A model generated the notes under the pieces. That model ran no database searches. It worked only from the letters and a program-made list of their open reading frames with translations, and had not been told where the DNA came from. Positions 40,151-53,880 of a DNA stretch of 64,000 nucleotides are shown here, piece by piece (position 1 is the first letter of the stretch; each line of letters begins with the position of its first letter). The position numbers were made by a program, and so were the translations under genes. The stretch is from Octopus vulgaris (lineage: Eukaryota): contig OX597821.1 in NCBI GenBank assembly GCA_951406725.2, positions 96,906,001 through 96,970,000 of the forward strand. The letters are read 5' to 3'.

Positions 40151-40439
40151 GGGGCTGCCAGACAAGTTTAAAGAGACCCTCTTCTCTCTGTAGTAGAATT
40201 ATCCTCATGACGACATTCTCTGCTATTTTGTTCTCGGGGCATTTATTATCATTACTGCTGTTGTAAGGGTCAATGGCTTCATCGACAGCACTTCTAACAA
40301 AGAAATACTATGTAGATGGCTGATGCTCCTCAGAGTTCATCTGCCCTTAGAAAGGTCTTTTAAATCCTGCAGGGTGACAAATAGCAAGAACAAACACCGT
40401 CCTCACAGAGCACGGTGTGAGATTGCCAGTTTAGTCGCC

Positions 40440-41440
40440 AACAGCCGTACGTTTGTGGATGCCGTGGCTAAAGATGCGCAGGCATGCGCTGAGGCTGAGG
40501 CATCTCTGGCTCTATCAGGACGGTGAGCGGTTGTGGTCTCCGTTCGTTGACGAGATATTTTCCAGGTTCACCTCTTTTGGTGAACTGGAAAGCTGCATCA
40601 GGCACAGACCAAGGCCAAGAGCTTGGCAAGTAGAGTGTCGACAGGCGCTCGTACTTCTCTCCCGAACGAGCAGTGCCGGCGGAGGGGGTACCACCAGCTT
40701 TCCAACTTGCATCGAAGGATTTTCGGCTCAGAACCTATGAACAACTTCCAGAGGTTCCTGGCTTGGCTGTGCTTCCGAAATGCCTTGCCAGATCGGGATA
40801 AACTCGCGAGGCACGGCGTCACCGTTTCGCCTACGTGCCCACGTTGCGGGCAGAGCAATGAAACTGTTCTGCACGCAATCGTACAGTGTCCGAGTTTCTC
40901 GGACCTGTGGGTTTCTACCGAACGGATACTGTCACAGCTGGGGAGAGTACAGCTGTCAGCCGAATCGATCATTAAGATCGTTCCGCAGTCTCCTCTAAAA
41001 GGAGAAGAGAAATTCTGTTTTCTAGCCGTAATGGCTATAGCGAAAGAGGTGATATGGAAGACGCGTGGAAGAGGTATCGCATCAGGCAACTTCGTCTGCT
41101 TTGGTTAAACTCTTTTTATATCACATAAGAGGGAAAGCATGTCGGGAGAAGAAATACCTGACGGTAAAAAAGTGCGAAAGAAGATGGAAGAAAGTAGCCC
41201 GAATGTTGGGTATGTAAGTGTCAAATTAGGCGGAGTTTAAAAACGGACAAAATAAACGGTTCAACGCAAGAATGTGGTTGGTGGGGTCGAACCCATTCCA
41301 CGTCCATTCATTTGTTGTTTTTCATTTCTCATCCGAAATTATAATATATCTATTCATATTTTATCATTCGATAAGTCCCCGTCACCAGTTGTCCCTTGTA
41401 TTGTCTTATCTGTATTTAACCCTTGTGGTTTCAGTAAAAT
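40440..41440 (+). mobile_element. Tx1/L1 LINE 3' fragment
   Basis: MPWLKMRRHALRLRHL and NNFQRFLAW..CPRCGQSNETVLHA, homologous to the 6263-8333 element. Confidence 0.82.
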
Positions 41441-43733
41441 CACCGTGCTAGTCCACAGTTCGTGTGTTGATAGTTCAAAGCTGGAGTTCAAAGTTCACAG
41501 TTCGAGTAAGCGTATTGGCTTGTTGGTTCTTAAAAGATTGTTGTTATGCTACGTGTGGTTACTGCCGTTTGTTTCGATTATATTGTAATTACACTGTTGT
41601 GGTGTATTCGTTTATCCATAAGGATATAACACCTGGCGATGAAGATCGTTCGAAACTCACATTGGTTATTTAACAATTTCTGCGTCATGGAAAACCTATT
41701 AGCCGCAGTAGTACAGCTTCAAGAAGAAGCATCAGAGTTGCAAAAACAAATACAGTACCAATAACAATTAATTGAGTTATAGTCGATCAAGTCCGAAAAT
41801 CCAGTAAGCTCGTTTGCGCCAGACGGCGTGGCTAACGCAATTTCTGAATTCACGTATAATCCGGAGGAGGGTATTACGTTTCCCGCGTATTATAGAAGAT
41901 ACAAGGAAATTTTTAACAACGAGTGCAAGTCATGGTCGGAGAAGCAGAAAGTAAGGCTTTTACCACGCAAGATAGCTCCTGCCGAACATGAGCGTTACTG
42001 TAACTTTATTCTGCCTAAAAAGTCAGAGAGGTTGGTTTCCAAGAAACCGATAAACTGCTTTCAAATTTTTTTGTGACAGAAATTCGTTATTCAACACCAG
42101 AATGGAGTGTTGGAACTTAACAAAAATGGGGAAGGGGGGTAGAGGGGGAGGTAGAGGATATAAGAATGAAAGAGCTGTAGGTGATGAGTATATTACGAAA
42201 ATAAAAGAAGCTTTAAAAAATAAACAGAATAGAAACTCAGATGCCAGTAGTTTTTCAATTAGCTACGATATTCCGATGTATACCCAAAGAATGGTGGTTC
42301 CAACGACATTACAAAAAAGTATATTGCAACAATTTCACAGCGGACATCTAGGATTAGCAAGGATGAATGCTCTGATGAGGGGTTATGTCTATTGGCCGTC
42401 TATGGACTGAAATGTGGAAAAATTGGTGAGAACGTGCCGAGGTTGCGAACTCGGGGCCAAAGCCACGCTGCCGGTAAAATATCAATCGTAGCCAGAGACG
42501 GAGAAGCGATATCTGTACTAAGTGGCCGTGGGTTTTCAAGTGTTATAGGCCAACCTCTAAGACAACTATAAATTTCTTATGCGAATTGTTTGCGTGATTC
42601 AATGTCCCTGACAGGTTAGTTTCAGACACCGGGACGCAGTTCTGTGGGAATGAATTCAAGAACTTCTGTAAAAGGCATTCGATAAAGTATATTTTACTCT
42701 CCGCTCTGCTACTCGAAGTCAAATGGGCAGGTAGAAAGATTTGTGGACACCTTTAAGAGAGCGTTTAAAAATGCAAGGAATGAATTAAGTAACGACGAAG
42801 CATTGATAAATTTCTTAAGAATATACAGAGTGACCCCCAATCCAAGTACAAATTCAGGGAAGTCTCCCGCAGAATTGATGTTTGCAAGAAGAATAAAATC
42901 CATTTTTGATAAGCTATTACCAGAGAAAAAAAAAGTCGGAAAGGAAATACGAAAGATCCAACGAAATACGTCGAGAGAGGTGATAAAGTGCATTTCAAAA
43001 ACCTATAGAAACGGTAATCAAGGCTGAGAAGATGGCCTTGTTACCAGAAAAATTGAAAGTATTATGTATCTAATTAAAGGGTCACGCGGTGAGCATAAGA
43101 TACATATAAACTAACTGAGAAAGGGGTATACTCAAGATCAGGAAGAAATTCCTATGGAAGTATTCTGTGACATATTCGATGTACCAGTACCAATAGAGTC
43201 TCGTAGAACCAGCATGAGAAAAAGAAAGCAGACCGAACACCTTGAGATAATGCCTAAGCGAAAGAGATACCAATATATATATATATATATATATAAACAC
43301 AATTACAGTGGCGTACTCCGGATGAATGGTAGCAGTAATCCGTAGGTGTAAAAATCCAGGAACTGGTTATCCAAGTCAGTCAGAAGGCCTGGGTCCGTGT
43401 GAGCGTGCGGTATATAAAGTTAATCCAAACATGAAAACACAAAGAGAAAACACAACGTGAGGGCGTGGAACAAGTATAGTGTTATTGGACGCTCAGGAAG
43501 GGTAAAGAAAGAAGGAGGATTTAACGTTTCGAGCGGAGCTCTTCGTCAGAAACATAGGAAAAGGAGAGATCCAAGGAAGGGAAGACAGTTCAAAGTTCAC
43601 AGTTCGAGCTAGCGTGTTAGATTGTTGGTTCTTAAAAGATTGCTGTTACATTACGTGTGACTACTACCGTTTATTTCGATTATATTGTAATTATACTATT
43701 GGAGTGTATTCGTTTATCCGTAAGGATATAACA
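41440..43733 (+). mobile_element. Internally deleted Gypsy (Mag-like) LTR retrotransposon
   Basis: LTR-like direct repeats ~41486-41631 and 43587-43733 ending TAACA; PBS-like TGGCGATGAAG at ~41634; gag-like EFTYNPEEGITF; integrase HSGHLG..MRGYVYWPSMD and GQVERFVDTFKR; no RT seen. Confidence 0.85.
43519..43553 (-). ncRNA. Minimal type I hammerhead in a PLE end (~43420-43587); decayed paralogue at 59679-59708 (+)
   Basis: Reverse complement CTGACGA-A-GAGC-TCC-GCTC-GAAACGTTA with palindromic AACGTT stem III. Confidence 0.65.
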
Positions 43734-44078
43734 GGTAGAGAGTGAAGTACTGCGTTCTAGTATGTTTATCAAAAGGTGGTCGACAGTGGCAAGGCTGGTG
43801 AGACAGAATGGATCTACTCTGAATATGCTTTTCTTAGCAGAAGGAAAGAAACTGAAAGTGGGCACTTTCCTATGCCTTGGAAATGGCAGAGTAATCCGAG
43901 ATTTTTTGTGTGGAACTTTCCCCGGATTACCCTTAGTGGACTGCCCTGCTATTGGAGATTCTACTTATCTGTTTATTATTTGTTTCTCTATTTCTGTGTG
44001 TGCTGTAACTCCTCCATGTCACACACACACATACACAAATATATATACATACGTACATACATAAATAAATGCACACAC

Positions 44079-44510
44079 ATGTATGTATGTATGTATGTAT
44101 GTATGTATGTATGTATGTATGTATGTATGTGTGTGTATGTATGTATGTATGTGTATATGTATGTATGTATGTGTGTGTGTATGTATGTATGTATGTATGT
44201 ATGTATGTATGTATGTGTGTATGTATGTGTGTATGTGTATGTATGTGTGTATGTATGTGTGTGTGTATGTATGTATGTATGTATGTATGTATGTATGTAT
44301 GTATGTATGTATGTATGCATGCATGCATGTATGTATGTATGCATGTATGCATGTATGTATGTATGAATGTCTGTCTGTCTGTATGTATGTATGTATGTAT
44401 GTATGTGTGTATGTATGTGTGTATGTGTGTATGTATGTATGTGTGTGTGTGTATGTATGTATGTATGCATGCATGTATGTATGTATGTATGCATGTATGC
44501 ATGTATGTAT
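44079..44510. repeat. Compound (TATG)n/(TG)n/(CATG)n microsatellite, ~430 bp
   Basis: Seen directly; source of several spurious ORFs. Confidence 0.95.
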
Positions 44511-44705
44511 ACTCTTTTACTTGTTTCAGTCATTTGACTGCGGCCATGCTGGGACACCGCCTTTAATCGAGCAACTCGACCACGGGACTTATTCTTTTGT
44601 AAGCCCAGTACTTATTCTATCGATCTCCTTTGCCGAACCGCTAAGTAACGGGGACATAAACACACCAGCATCGGTTGTCAAGTAATGCTAGGGGGACAAA
44701 CACAC

Positions 44706-44756
<51 letters not shown>

Positions 44757-45347
44757 TACGACGGGCTTCTTTTCAGTTTCCGTCTACCAAATCCACTCAC
44801 AAGGCTTTGGTCGGCCCGAGGCTATAGTAGAAGACACTTGCCCAAGGTGCCACGCAGTGGGACTGAACCCCGGAACCATGCGGTTGGTAAACAAGCTACT
44901 TACCACACAGCCACTCCTTATGTATGTATAAGTATTAATAATAACAAGAAGTATAGAGACTTGCACATTCACAAAAAAATTTCCACTACAGTGACTACAC
45001 ACTATTGTAGATGCAACTTTGCAATATTGCTGGCGCAGTTTCATCAGGGTCTGACCATTTCGTCTTCTGCAGGAACACGTATAGGTCACTGTAATATGCT
45101 GTATATAACTGAAAATTAAATTTCGTCCATGTACAAGTCTCCATACTTATTCCACCGAAGTCGACTTTGCCTTTCCTCCTTTCGGGGTCGATAAATTAAG
45201 TACCAGTTGCGTACTGGGGTCGATCTAATCGACTGGCCCCCTCCCCCAAAATCTTCGGGCCTTGTGCCTAGAGTAGAAAAGATTTGCGCAGAGGCGGTAC
45301 CATAGCCAATGAGGTAAATCCGAGGCGTGGTTATTGCTAGTTGAAAA

Positions 45348-45384
45348 ATTATTATTATTATTATCATCATTATTATTATTATTG

Positions 45385-45422
<38 letters not shown>

Positions 45423-45423
45423 G

Positions 45424-45464
<41 letters not shown>

Positions 45465-45513
45465 GTTTTTATTATTATTATTATTATTATTGTTTTTATT
45501 ATTATTATTATTG

Positions 45514-45551
<38 letters not shown>

Positions 45552-45600
45552 GTTTTTATTATTATTATTATTATTATTGTTTTTATTATTATTATTATTG

Positions 45601-45632
<32 letters not shown>

Positions 45633-45650
45633 GTTGTTGTTGTTGTTATT
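45348..45650. repeat. (ATT)n microsatellite with recurring GTTTTT interruptions
   Basis: Seen directly. Confidence 0.95.
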
Positions 45651-46012
45651 AACGCTAATGTATAATCCAGGGAACCTTTACAGTCCAGTGTAGGACACAT
45701 GGAATTACTCAACGGATGAACTCATGGAGTGACTACATATATTTGCTGACACAGACATTGGATACTGACCGTTGTGGTTAGCCGGCATTTGAAACCTGAG
45801 AGCCAACACGGTATCCGCCCGGATAATATATCCCTCTTAACTCATGCATGCACACACACACACACACATAATATATATATACAAGATTAATCAGCCGAAA
45901 TTGCGAGGATGATCCGGTTCTTGACTGAAGATTGAAGGCTTCGAATGTCCCGTCCGTGTTTTTTGTAGTGTCTTCTAAATGTTTTACGTTCTTGTCCCAG
46001 TTTGTATTTTTC

Positions 46013-46073
<61 letters not shown>

Positions 46074-46077
<4 letters not shown>

Positions 46078-46443
46078 CATATAAAATTTAAAGGACTGAC
46101 CACTAAAAGTGGACGGTCAATATGCTAGATATAGACGTCAAAAGCGCTATTTTCCACGAAGAATGCGTTCTCCAATAAAAACTCAGCACAAAACCAACTT
46201 TGGTTTTGTGCTGAAATTTCAGGCGTTTGAATGTTTCTTCCCACCACCACCACTATTGCTACTACTGTCAATAAAGGCACGCACGCCCATACACACATGC
46301 GCACACACACACACAACTTTGGTTTTGTGCTGAGTTTTTATTTGAAAACACATTCTTCGTGGAAAATAGCGCTTTTGACGTCTATATCTAGCATATTGAC
46401 CGTCCACTTTTAGTGGTCAGTCCTTTAAATTTTGTATGTAAAA
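46074..46443. repeat. Fold-back element (~124 bp arms) next to (TA)n
   Basis: 46074-46197 is inverted at 46319-46443; the track shows twin ORF starts MDGQYARYRRQKRYFPRRM on opposite strands. Confidence 0.9.
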
Positions 46444-47094
46444 ATATTCTAATCTTCGGATTTCTTTGATATGCTAGGCCACTGGTTTTAATTGATTAAT
46501 ATCAATTTCTACCCTTATTCAATATATATATATATATATATATTACTATATATATATATATATATATTACTCTTTTTTTTAATACTCTTTTTACTTATTT
46601 CAGACATTTGACTGCGGCCATGCTGGAGCACCGCCTTTAGTCGAGCAAATCGACCCCGGGACTTGTAGGCCCAGTACTTATTCTATCGGTCTCTTTTGCC
46701 GAACCGCTAAGTGACGGGGACGTAAACACACTAGCATCGGTTGTCAAGCAATGCTAGGGAGACAAACACAGACACAAGCACACACACATACATATATATA
46801 CATATATATGACAGGCTTCTTTCAGTTTCCGTCTACCAAGTCCACTCACAAGGCATTGGTCGGCCCGGGGCTATAGCAGAAGACACTTGCCCAAGTTGCC
46901 ACGCAGTGGGACTGAACCCGGAACCATGTGGTTGGTTAGCAAGCTACTTACCACACAGCCACTCCTGCGTATATATATATACAACGCGAGCGCACAGACA
47001 CAAACATTGACATAAATACGCGTATGTCTTTATGTCTTAGAGCGGTATGTGTTGCATGTGTGTGTGTGTGTGTGTGTGTGTTGTTGTGTGTGGA

Positions 47095-47129
<35 letters not shown>

Positions 47130-47258
47130 ATGTATGTGTGTGTGTTTGTGTTCTATAAATCTTTGCAATAACAGCAACAACATATGAAATTTCAGGCGTT
47201 TGAATGTTTCTTCCCACCACCACCACTATTGCTACTACTGTCAACAAAGGCGCGCACG

Positions 47259-47312
<54 letters not shown>

Positions 47313-47471
47313 CATACGTATGAGATCTTATTTGCCGAGATACGTTCCTTCGCACTAAGGAACGTCTTGGCATTCATTGCATTCCACGCTCCTGCTTCTC
47401 TAGAATCCTCTCCCTGCTTATCTCAATTTTCTCTCTCCCACACTTCACTCTCACTCACGGTCACACACACA

Positions 47472-47537
<66 letters not shown>

Positions 47538-48218
47538 CTTTCAATCTTGATATTGAAGCTTTAAAAACTTAGGCTAATTAATTCATGTAGTTACATAATT
47601 CTATGTGTTTGTGTGTGCGTGTGTGTGTATGTGTGTGTGTGTGTGTGTGTGTACGTGTGTGTGTGTGTGTGCACGTGTAATGCATATAATTGAAGACTAA
47701 AAAAGAGCGCAGTCAGCCTTTTGATTGTTGTTATTACTTGTCAGGCGTAAGTGTATGTATGTTAGCCCAGTGGTTAGCGTGTTGCACACAAGGTCATGGT
47801 TTCAATTCCCGGGCTAAGAAGTGCATTGTGTTTTTGAGAAATATAATTTAGTTATTCGCCCGTTCTTCTGCAATCATTTCGACATCTGACGCGTGGCCAC
47901 ATAATGCAACTGCACGGGCGATGTCGATTTGATGGAAGGTGTGAGCTAATGTTCAATAACAAACATTTGATCATTATAAACAAATCATTATAAAACAAAT
48001 CCGGCGGCGAAGAAGAAAGAAGTATATATATATAGGCGCAGGAGTGGCTGTGTGGTAAGTAGCTTGCTTACCAACCACATGGTTCCGGGTTCAGTCCCAT
48101 TGCGTAGCACTTTGGGCAAGTGTCTTCTACTGTAGCCTCGGGCCGACCAAAGCTTTGTGAGTGGATTTGGTAGACGGAAACTGAAAGAAGCCCGTCGTAT
48201 ATATGTATATATATATAT

Positions 48219-48659
48219 ATATATATGAAAAAACAAGTCAAAAATAGAAAATGCTAAAATAATTTTATAGTGAACATTTCAGTACCGGTTTCGGTCATTT
48301 TGAGACCTTTTCAACTGTAACGATTAAATAATTAAATTTAGAAAAATTAGAAGAAAAGTTTTTTTAAAAGAATATTTCTATAGTAGTGTTCAGATTTAAG
48401 TGGCATTCTGCCTTTCTCTGACTCCCTTGTTTGCAACACAAGTGCAAACAAGGGAGTCAGAGAAAGGCAGAATGCCACTTAAATCTGAACACTACTATAG
48501 AAATATTCTTTTAAAAAAACTTTTCTTCTAATTTTTCTAAATTTAATTATTTAATCGTTACAGTTGAAAAGGTCTCAAAATGACCGAAACCGGTACTGAA
48601 ATGTTCACTATAAAATTATTTTAGCATTTTCTATTTTTGACTTGTTTTTTCATATATAT
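48219..48659. repeat. Apparently perfect palindrome (~217 bp arms, 7 nt loop) inside the (TA)n of a SINE B (head 48034-48197, tail ~48806-49012)
   Basis: Apex ttgtttgca-acacaag-tgcaaacaa; arm holds hammerhead-like TTGAAAA-GGTC..GACC-GAAACCGGTA (48564-48595). Confidence 0.92.
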
Positions 48660-48685
48660 CAACTCGTGTGTTCCTTTTCACCCTT

Positions 48686-48788
<103 letters not shown>

Positions 48789-49093
48789 TGTGTTTGTGTG
48801 TCTCTGTTTGTCCCCCTAGCATTACTTGACAACCGATGCTGGTTTGTTTATGTCACCGTAACTTAGCGGTTCGGCAAAAGAGACCGATAGAATAAATACT
48901 GGGCTTACAGAGAATAAGTCCCGGGGTCGAGTTGCTCGATTAAAGGCGGTGCTCCAGCATGGCCGCAGTCAAACGACTGAAACAAGTAAAAGAGTAAAAT
49001 AGAGAGTAAAGAGTATATATATATATATATATGTACGTGTGTCTTTGTGTGCGTGTGTGAGTGAATACAAATACATAAAACAGAACAAACTTG

Positions 49094-49140
<47 letters not shown>

Positions 49141-49299
49141 ACACCCATTAGCTTTCATATACATCTACATACATAAATACACACACACATAAGCACACAC
49201 GTGTCTTTTATAGACACGTACATACACGGGCGCGCGTGCACCCGTCTCGTTCCTCTTCCACACCTCTTCGACACATGAAACCGAAAACAAATGAATATA

Positions 49300-50025
49300 T
49301 TTCTTTACTACCCACAAGGGGCTAAACATAGAGGGGACAAACAGGGACAGACAAAGGGATTAAGTCGATTACATCGACCCCAGTGCGAAACTGGTACTTT
49401 ATTTATCGACCCCGAAAGGATGAAAGGCAAAGTCGACCTCGGCGGAATTTGAATTCAGAACGTAACGGCAGACGAAATACGGCTACGCATTTTGCCCGGT
49501 GTGCTAACGTTTCTGCCAAGCTCACAGAAACGAACGAATTTTGACAGGTATTTCTGGTTTCTTTTCATCTATGCAGTCACTACACCAAACCAGCGACAGT
49601 TGCAACCACCCTGACCTTACTGCGATTAATTTTACCATTTGTTTTAGATGTTCTTCCCTTTCAGTTTCGTTCTTACTTTCTCACACCAAGTCCTTCCTGC
49701 CTTGGTACTCCTTGGTAATCCAGTGGAAATTCACAGACACGAAGACAATTTTCGTAAACAAATTAATTTTTGCGGAGGGGTTATGCCTCCTCAAAAAATA
49801 CAATTCTCACTGCAAAGTGAGTCTTTATGCACGACCACAAGCAGGCAAATGTCTGGAGCAGAGTGGAGACTGCTGCTCGCCAAAAAAACTATTCAATACA
49901 GGGCAACAGACTCCACTAAGCCCTCAAAAAAAATACAACTAACGCCTACCTGTAGTCGAGCCTCAAAAGTTCGATTTTTCACGAACGACGTGACTTCTTC
50001 GGTTACAACACAATAGCACGTGCAT
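49300..50025 (-). mobile_element. Composite: LINE 5' UTR copy (49689-50025) upstream of a SINE A body (49300-49520)
   Basis: 49689-50025 is near-identical to 53532-53872; the junction sequence is shared with 33190-33270. Confidence 0.65.
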
Positions 50026-52079
50026 AGTGCATTGTGCATTTCTTTTCGCACTCATCATCTAACTATGCTATCCTTCTTGAGACGGATACCAACCAGGATG
50101 GACAATGTGTATCCATCTATAAACAAGCGATATCCCACGCCTACTGGAAATAATGAACATAGCTCACTCTACTTCCGAAGTCCCTCATACTCCAAACTAA
50201 CCATTCTCAAGGACAGCTAGCAGAAACGTTAGCACGTCGGGCGAAATGCGTAGTCGTATTTCGTCTGTCGTTACGTTCTGAGTTCAAATTCCGCCGAGGT
50301 CGACTTTGCCTTTCATCCTTTCGGGGTTGATAAATAAAGTACCAGTTACGCACTGGGGTCGATGTAATCGACTTAATCCGTTTGTCTGTCCTTGTTTGTC
50401 CCCTCTATGTTTAGCCTCTTCTGGACAGTAAAGAAATACATTCTTAAGGACTTGAAGGTACCGGTACACTTGAACTGGAAAAACACAAGACTGAAAAATA
50501 TGAGGAGTGTTCAACAGTGTTTAGCGTGGTCTGGTAACTAAACTTATAACATACACTTTTTTTTTTTATCGCGAATGATCTCATTAATCGCCAGACCTTC
50601 GTGAACAGAAAGAAAAATAAATAATGAAACCTGACCCTTTCATGCTCTCGAATCAGTGCATTGAAGAAAAAAAATTAAAGCAAATTTATTTATTTTCGTT
50701 CATTATTTATGCTTTGCTAGTTTATGAAATGGGTTAACCTTGTAAGAATTAGAATAAATTATTATTTTCTGATTCGAGATTCACCAAGAGAGTGTTCGAC
50801 AAAAAAAGCAAAAGGACCTAATGTTCTAGTGTGTGTACAAGGCAAAGCACGTCGAGTATATTTAATTAATTTTTATTTTGGCTACCATAGTTTAGTTCAT
50901 TACGCAACCGGTCGGCCCAGCGCAAACTTACTCCCTACTTTCAATAAGAATTTACTCCACTACCTTATAAGGTTCGTCATTTTGACCTGATTCGGCCAAA
51001 ATTCTTTTTGCATTATGTTATAATTGAAAAGTGACAAACCAGCAGAATCGTTAGCACGCCGGGCGAAATGCATAGCCGTATTTCGTCTGCCGTTACGTTC
51101 TGAGTTCAAATTCCGCCGAGGTCGACTTTGCCTTTCATCCTTTCGGGGTCGATTAAATAAGTACCAGTTACGCAATGGGGTCGATCTAATCGACTTAATT
51201 CCTTTGTCTGTCCTTGTTTGTCCCCTCTGTGTTTAGCCTCTTGTGGGTAGTAAATAAATAAGTATTTCGTCTGCCGCTACGTTCTGAGTTCAAATTCCGC
51301 CGAGGTCGACTTTGCCTTTCATCCTTTCGGGGTCGATAAATTAAGTACCAGTTACGCACTGGGGTCGATATAATCAACTTAATCCGTCTATCTGTCCTTG
51401 TTTGTCCCCTCTGTGTGAAGCCCCTTTGCCGAGGTCGACTTTGCCTTTCATCCTTTCAGGGTCGTTAAATTAAGTACCAGCTGTGTACTGGGCCGATCTA
51501 CTCAACTGGCCCCCACCCCCAAAATTTCAGGCCTTGTGATTATAGTAGAACGGATTATGTTATAATTGGTTAAGATATCTAATGACATCAACATTTGTCA
51601 GATTTTTTTATTGGTCATAAGTATTATTTAAGGATGATGAACGAAACACCTATGTTTCCAGAGGTGAATTATTAAAACCTCAAAGAATCCCTCCCACTAC
51701 TTCTGCTCGTGATCAGAGATGTACATATCGTCAACCACTAAGGAACATGCTCAACTGGTTAAGGTCAAGTAACTGATATGCAAATCTGTTGTACTGAGCA
51801 GAATATTTGCAGTAGCCCATCTTTTACACTAAGGCAAAACTTCGAATCATTTGATATTAGAAGCCACTGCCCGGGACTGCATACTACTACTACTACTACT
51901 ACGACGACGACGACGACGACGACTACTACTACTACTACTACTACTACTCAGTGAGAGAGCAGCTCATGTCATCAAAATGACACTGGGGTACAAATATACG
52001 AAGCCCAATATATTCATCATGACTACCCGTCTAATAAGGATACACCAAGTACATGCATCACAATCATATGAGTGCGACA

Positions 52080-53880
52080 TGGAGACCCTCTTACAAAAAT
52101 ACAATTTCTTGGACCAAAAGTCCATACAATCACAATACAGTCTATACGCCAATTAGAGGCAATAAACCTCTACACTTCCTCGGCCAGCAAATCTCGTGCA
52201 ACTTGCAGGCACTGTTTCTACCGAAATTGGGAGTCCCACTGGAGAATAATGAAAATCTCGCCTCCACACGAGTCAATTATCATATTGCACTGTTTTCTTT
52301 CCAGCACCAGAGCAGCCACCTGCGAAGGCCACTCTGAGCTCTCAATGCAATTCGGTTCCCTTAGGATCCGACTGTCCATCTTATTCTCGACAAAACTGTC
52401 GATGGCCCCTCCCTTGAGATAGCAGAACATACATTCATCACTACCTTCACTAGTAGGGGCCTCAACTCCCTCACTCGGTAGCACACACCCCACTGAAGGG
52501 ACTTCGGGACATGCCGTCACCGGCAATGCCCCGTTTTTCTTTTTCTTTTTTTCCTTTTACGACGGGAGGGTAGAGTTCCTCCGACATCTCCGGAGAACCC
52601 TCTCTCACCCCCGCCGTCTCAGGATCCATGGGTGGGCAACCATTGTTGTCCCCTTTTTCCTCTTCTTCCCCTTTTTTGAGGAGGTTACCTCCTCCTCAAC
52701 TTTTCCTCCACTGGGGGAACAGGGGGCACCTCTTCGATTAACTGCTCCAGGACCTTTGCCTGGTCCCGGCAACAGTTTTTCTTGATATGACCCGATTCCA
52801 GGCACTGGTGACACTGGGGGGGGGGCGTCCCTCAAGAGTCACCGGTTACCTAAAACCGGCCATCTTTAAAAAATCTGACGCTTTCGAACCCTCCCAATCA
52901 GTCACAGGAAGCATTCTAACATTCAAGAGCCTGGCTCCGCTGCCACTGAAAACCCCGGCGGATAGTATCCTCTATCCACTCAGGCTCTATACCGGGTGGC
53001 AGCCCACTCACCCAGGCTCTTGTCAATTTCCTTCCACGATATGTGGGGAGGAACAAAATCTTTTCCCCCTTCCAGCGGCCGACTAGCGAACATGCTAGCC
53101 TCTTTAGGGGTGTCAAACAGCAACCACACTGTTGCAAATTTGACACCCCTTGCAATATACCTGATAGTTGGCAGGTATTCTGCCAACTCTTTTTCAATTT
53201 CGGCCTGAGAGAACACAATGATGGTGTCAAGGGACTTGGAGTACGTCCTCAACACCACCATTCTCACATTACGGTCCTCTAACCACTGCTTGTGGGGGGG
53301 GGCACAATTTCCCACTCCAGCACGGTGGTTTTCTTTGTTGCCATGATTTTCTAACACGAAAAAAGGAAAAAGCGAGTTCAAGAAAAGTTCAAATGTTCTA
53401 AATGAAAATCCAGTAATAAACACAAAAAAGAATGGAAAGACAGAGGAGAGAAAAAGAAGGAAGGAAGACAGTTTAATCAACGACAACACAATTCCACAAC
53501 TCTGGTACGGGTACTCACTTCTGCAAAAATAGTCCTTCCTGCCTTGGTACTCCTTGGTAATCCAGTGGAAATTCACAGACACGAAGACAATTTTCGTAAA
53601 CAAATTAATTTTTGCGGAGGGGCTACGCCTCCTCAAAAAATACAATTCTCACTGCAAAGTGAGTCTTTATGCACGACCACAGGCAGGCAAATGTCTGGAG
53701 CAGAGTGGAGACTGCTGCTCGCCAAAAAACTATTCAATACAGGGCAACAAACTTCACTAACTCCACTAAGCCCTCAAAAAAATACAACAAACGCCTACCT
53801 GTAGTCGAGCCTCAAAAGTTCGATTTTTCACGAACGACGTGACTTCTTCGGTTACAACACAATAGCACGTGCGTACTCCG
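52080..53880 (-). mobile_element. 5' part of a LINE (probably Tx1/L1): 5' UTR and frameshifted ORF1-like region
   Basis: ORFs 52980..53645 and 52916..53230 join by frameshift (..GVKFATVWLLF..PTYRGRKLTRAWVSGLPP..), followed by Pro/Lys-rich segments typical of ORF1; 5' UTR duplicated at 49689. Confidence 0.55.

Noticed and set aside
43776-45712. Long ORFs of YVCM, HTYI, poly-I, poly-L and poly-Y
   Set aside because: Translations of microsatellites; the same applies to most ORFs in the track.
48219-48659. All palindromes being assembly artefacts
   Set aside because: Most have arm mismatches or indels and recur as families with single-arm relatives. This one looks perfect, however, so it still needs read-level confirmation.
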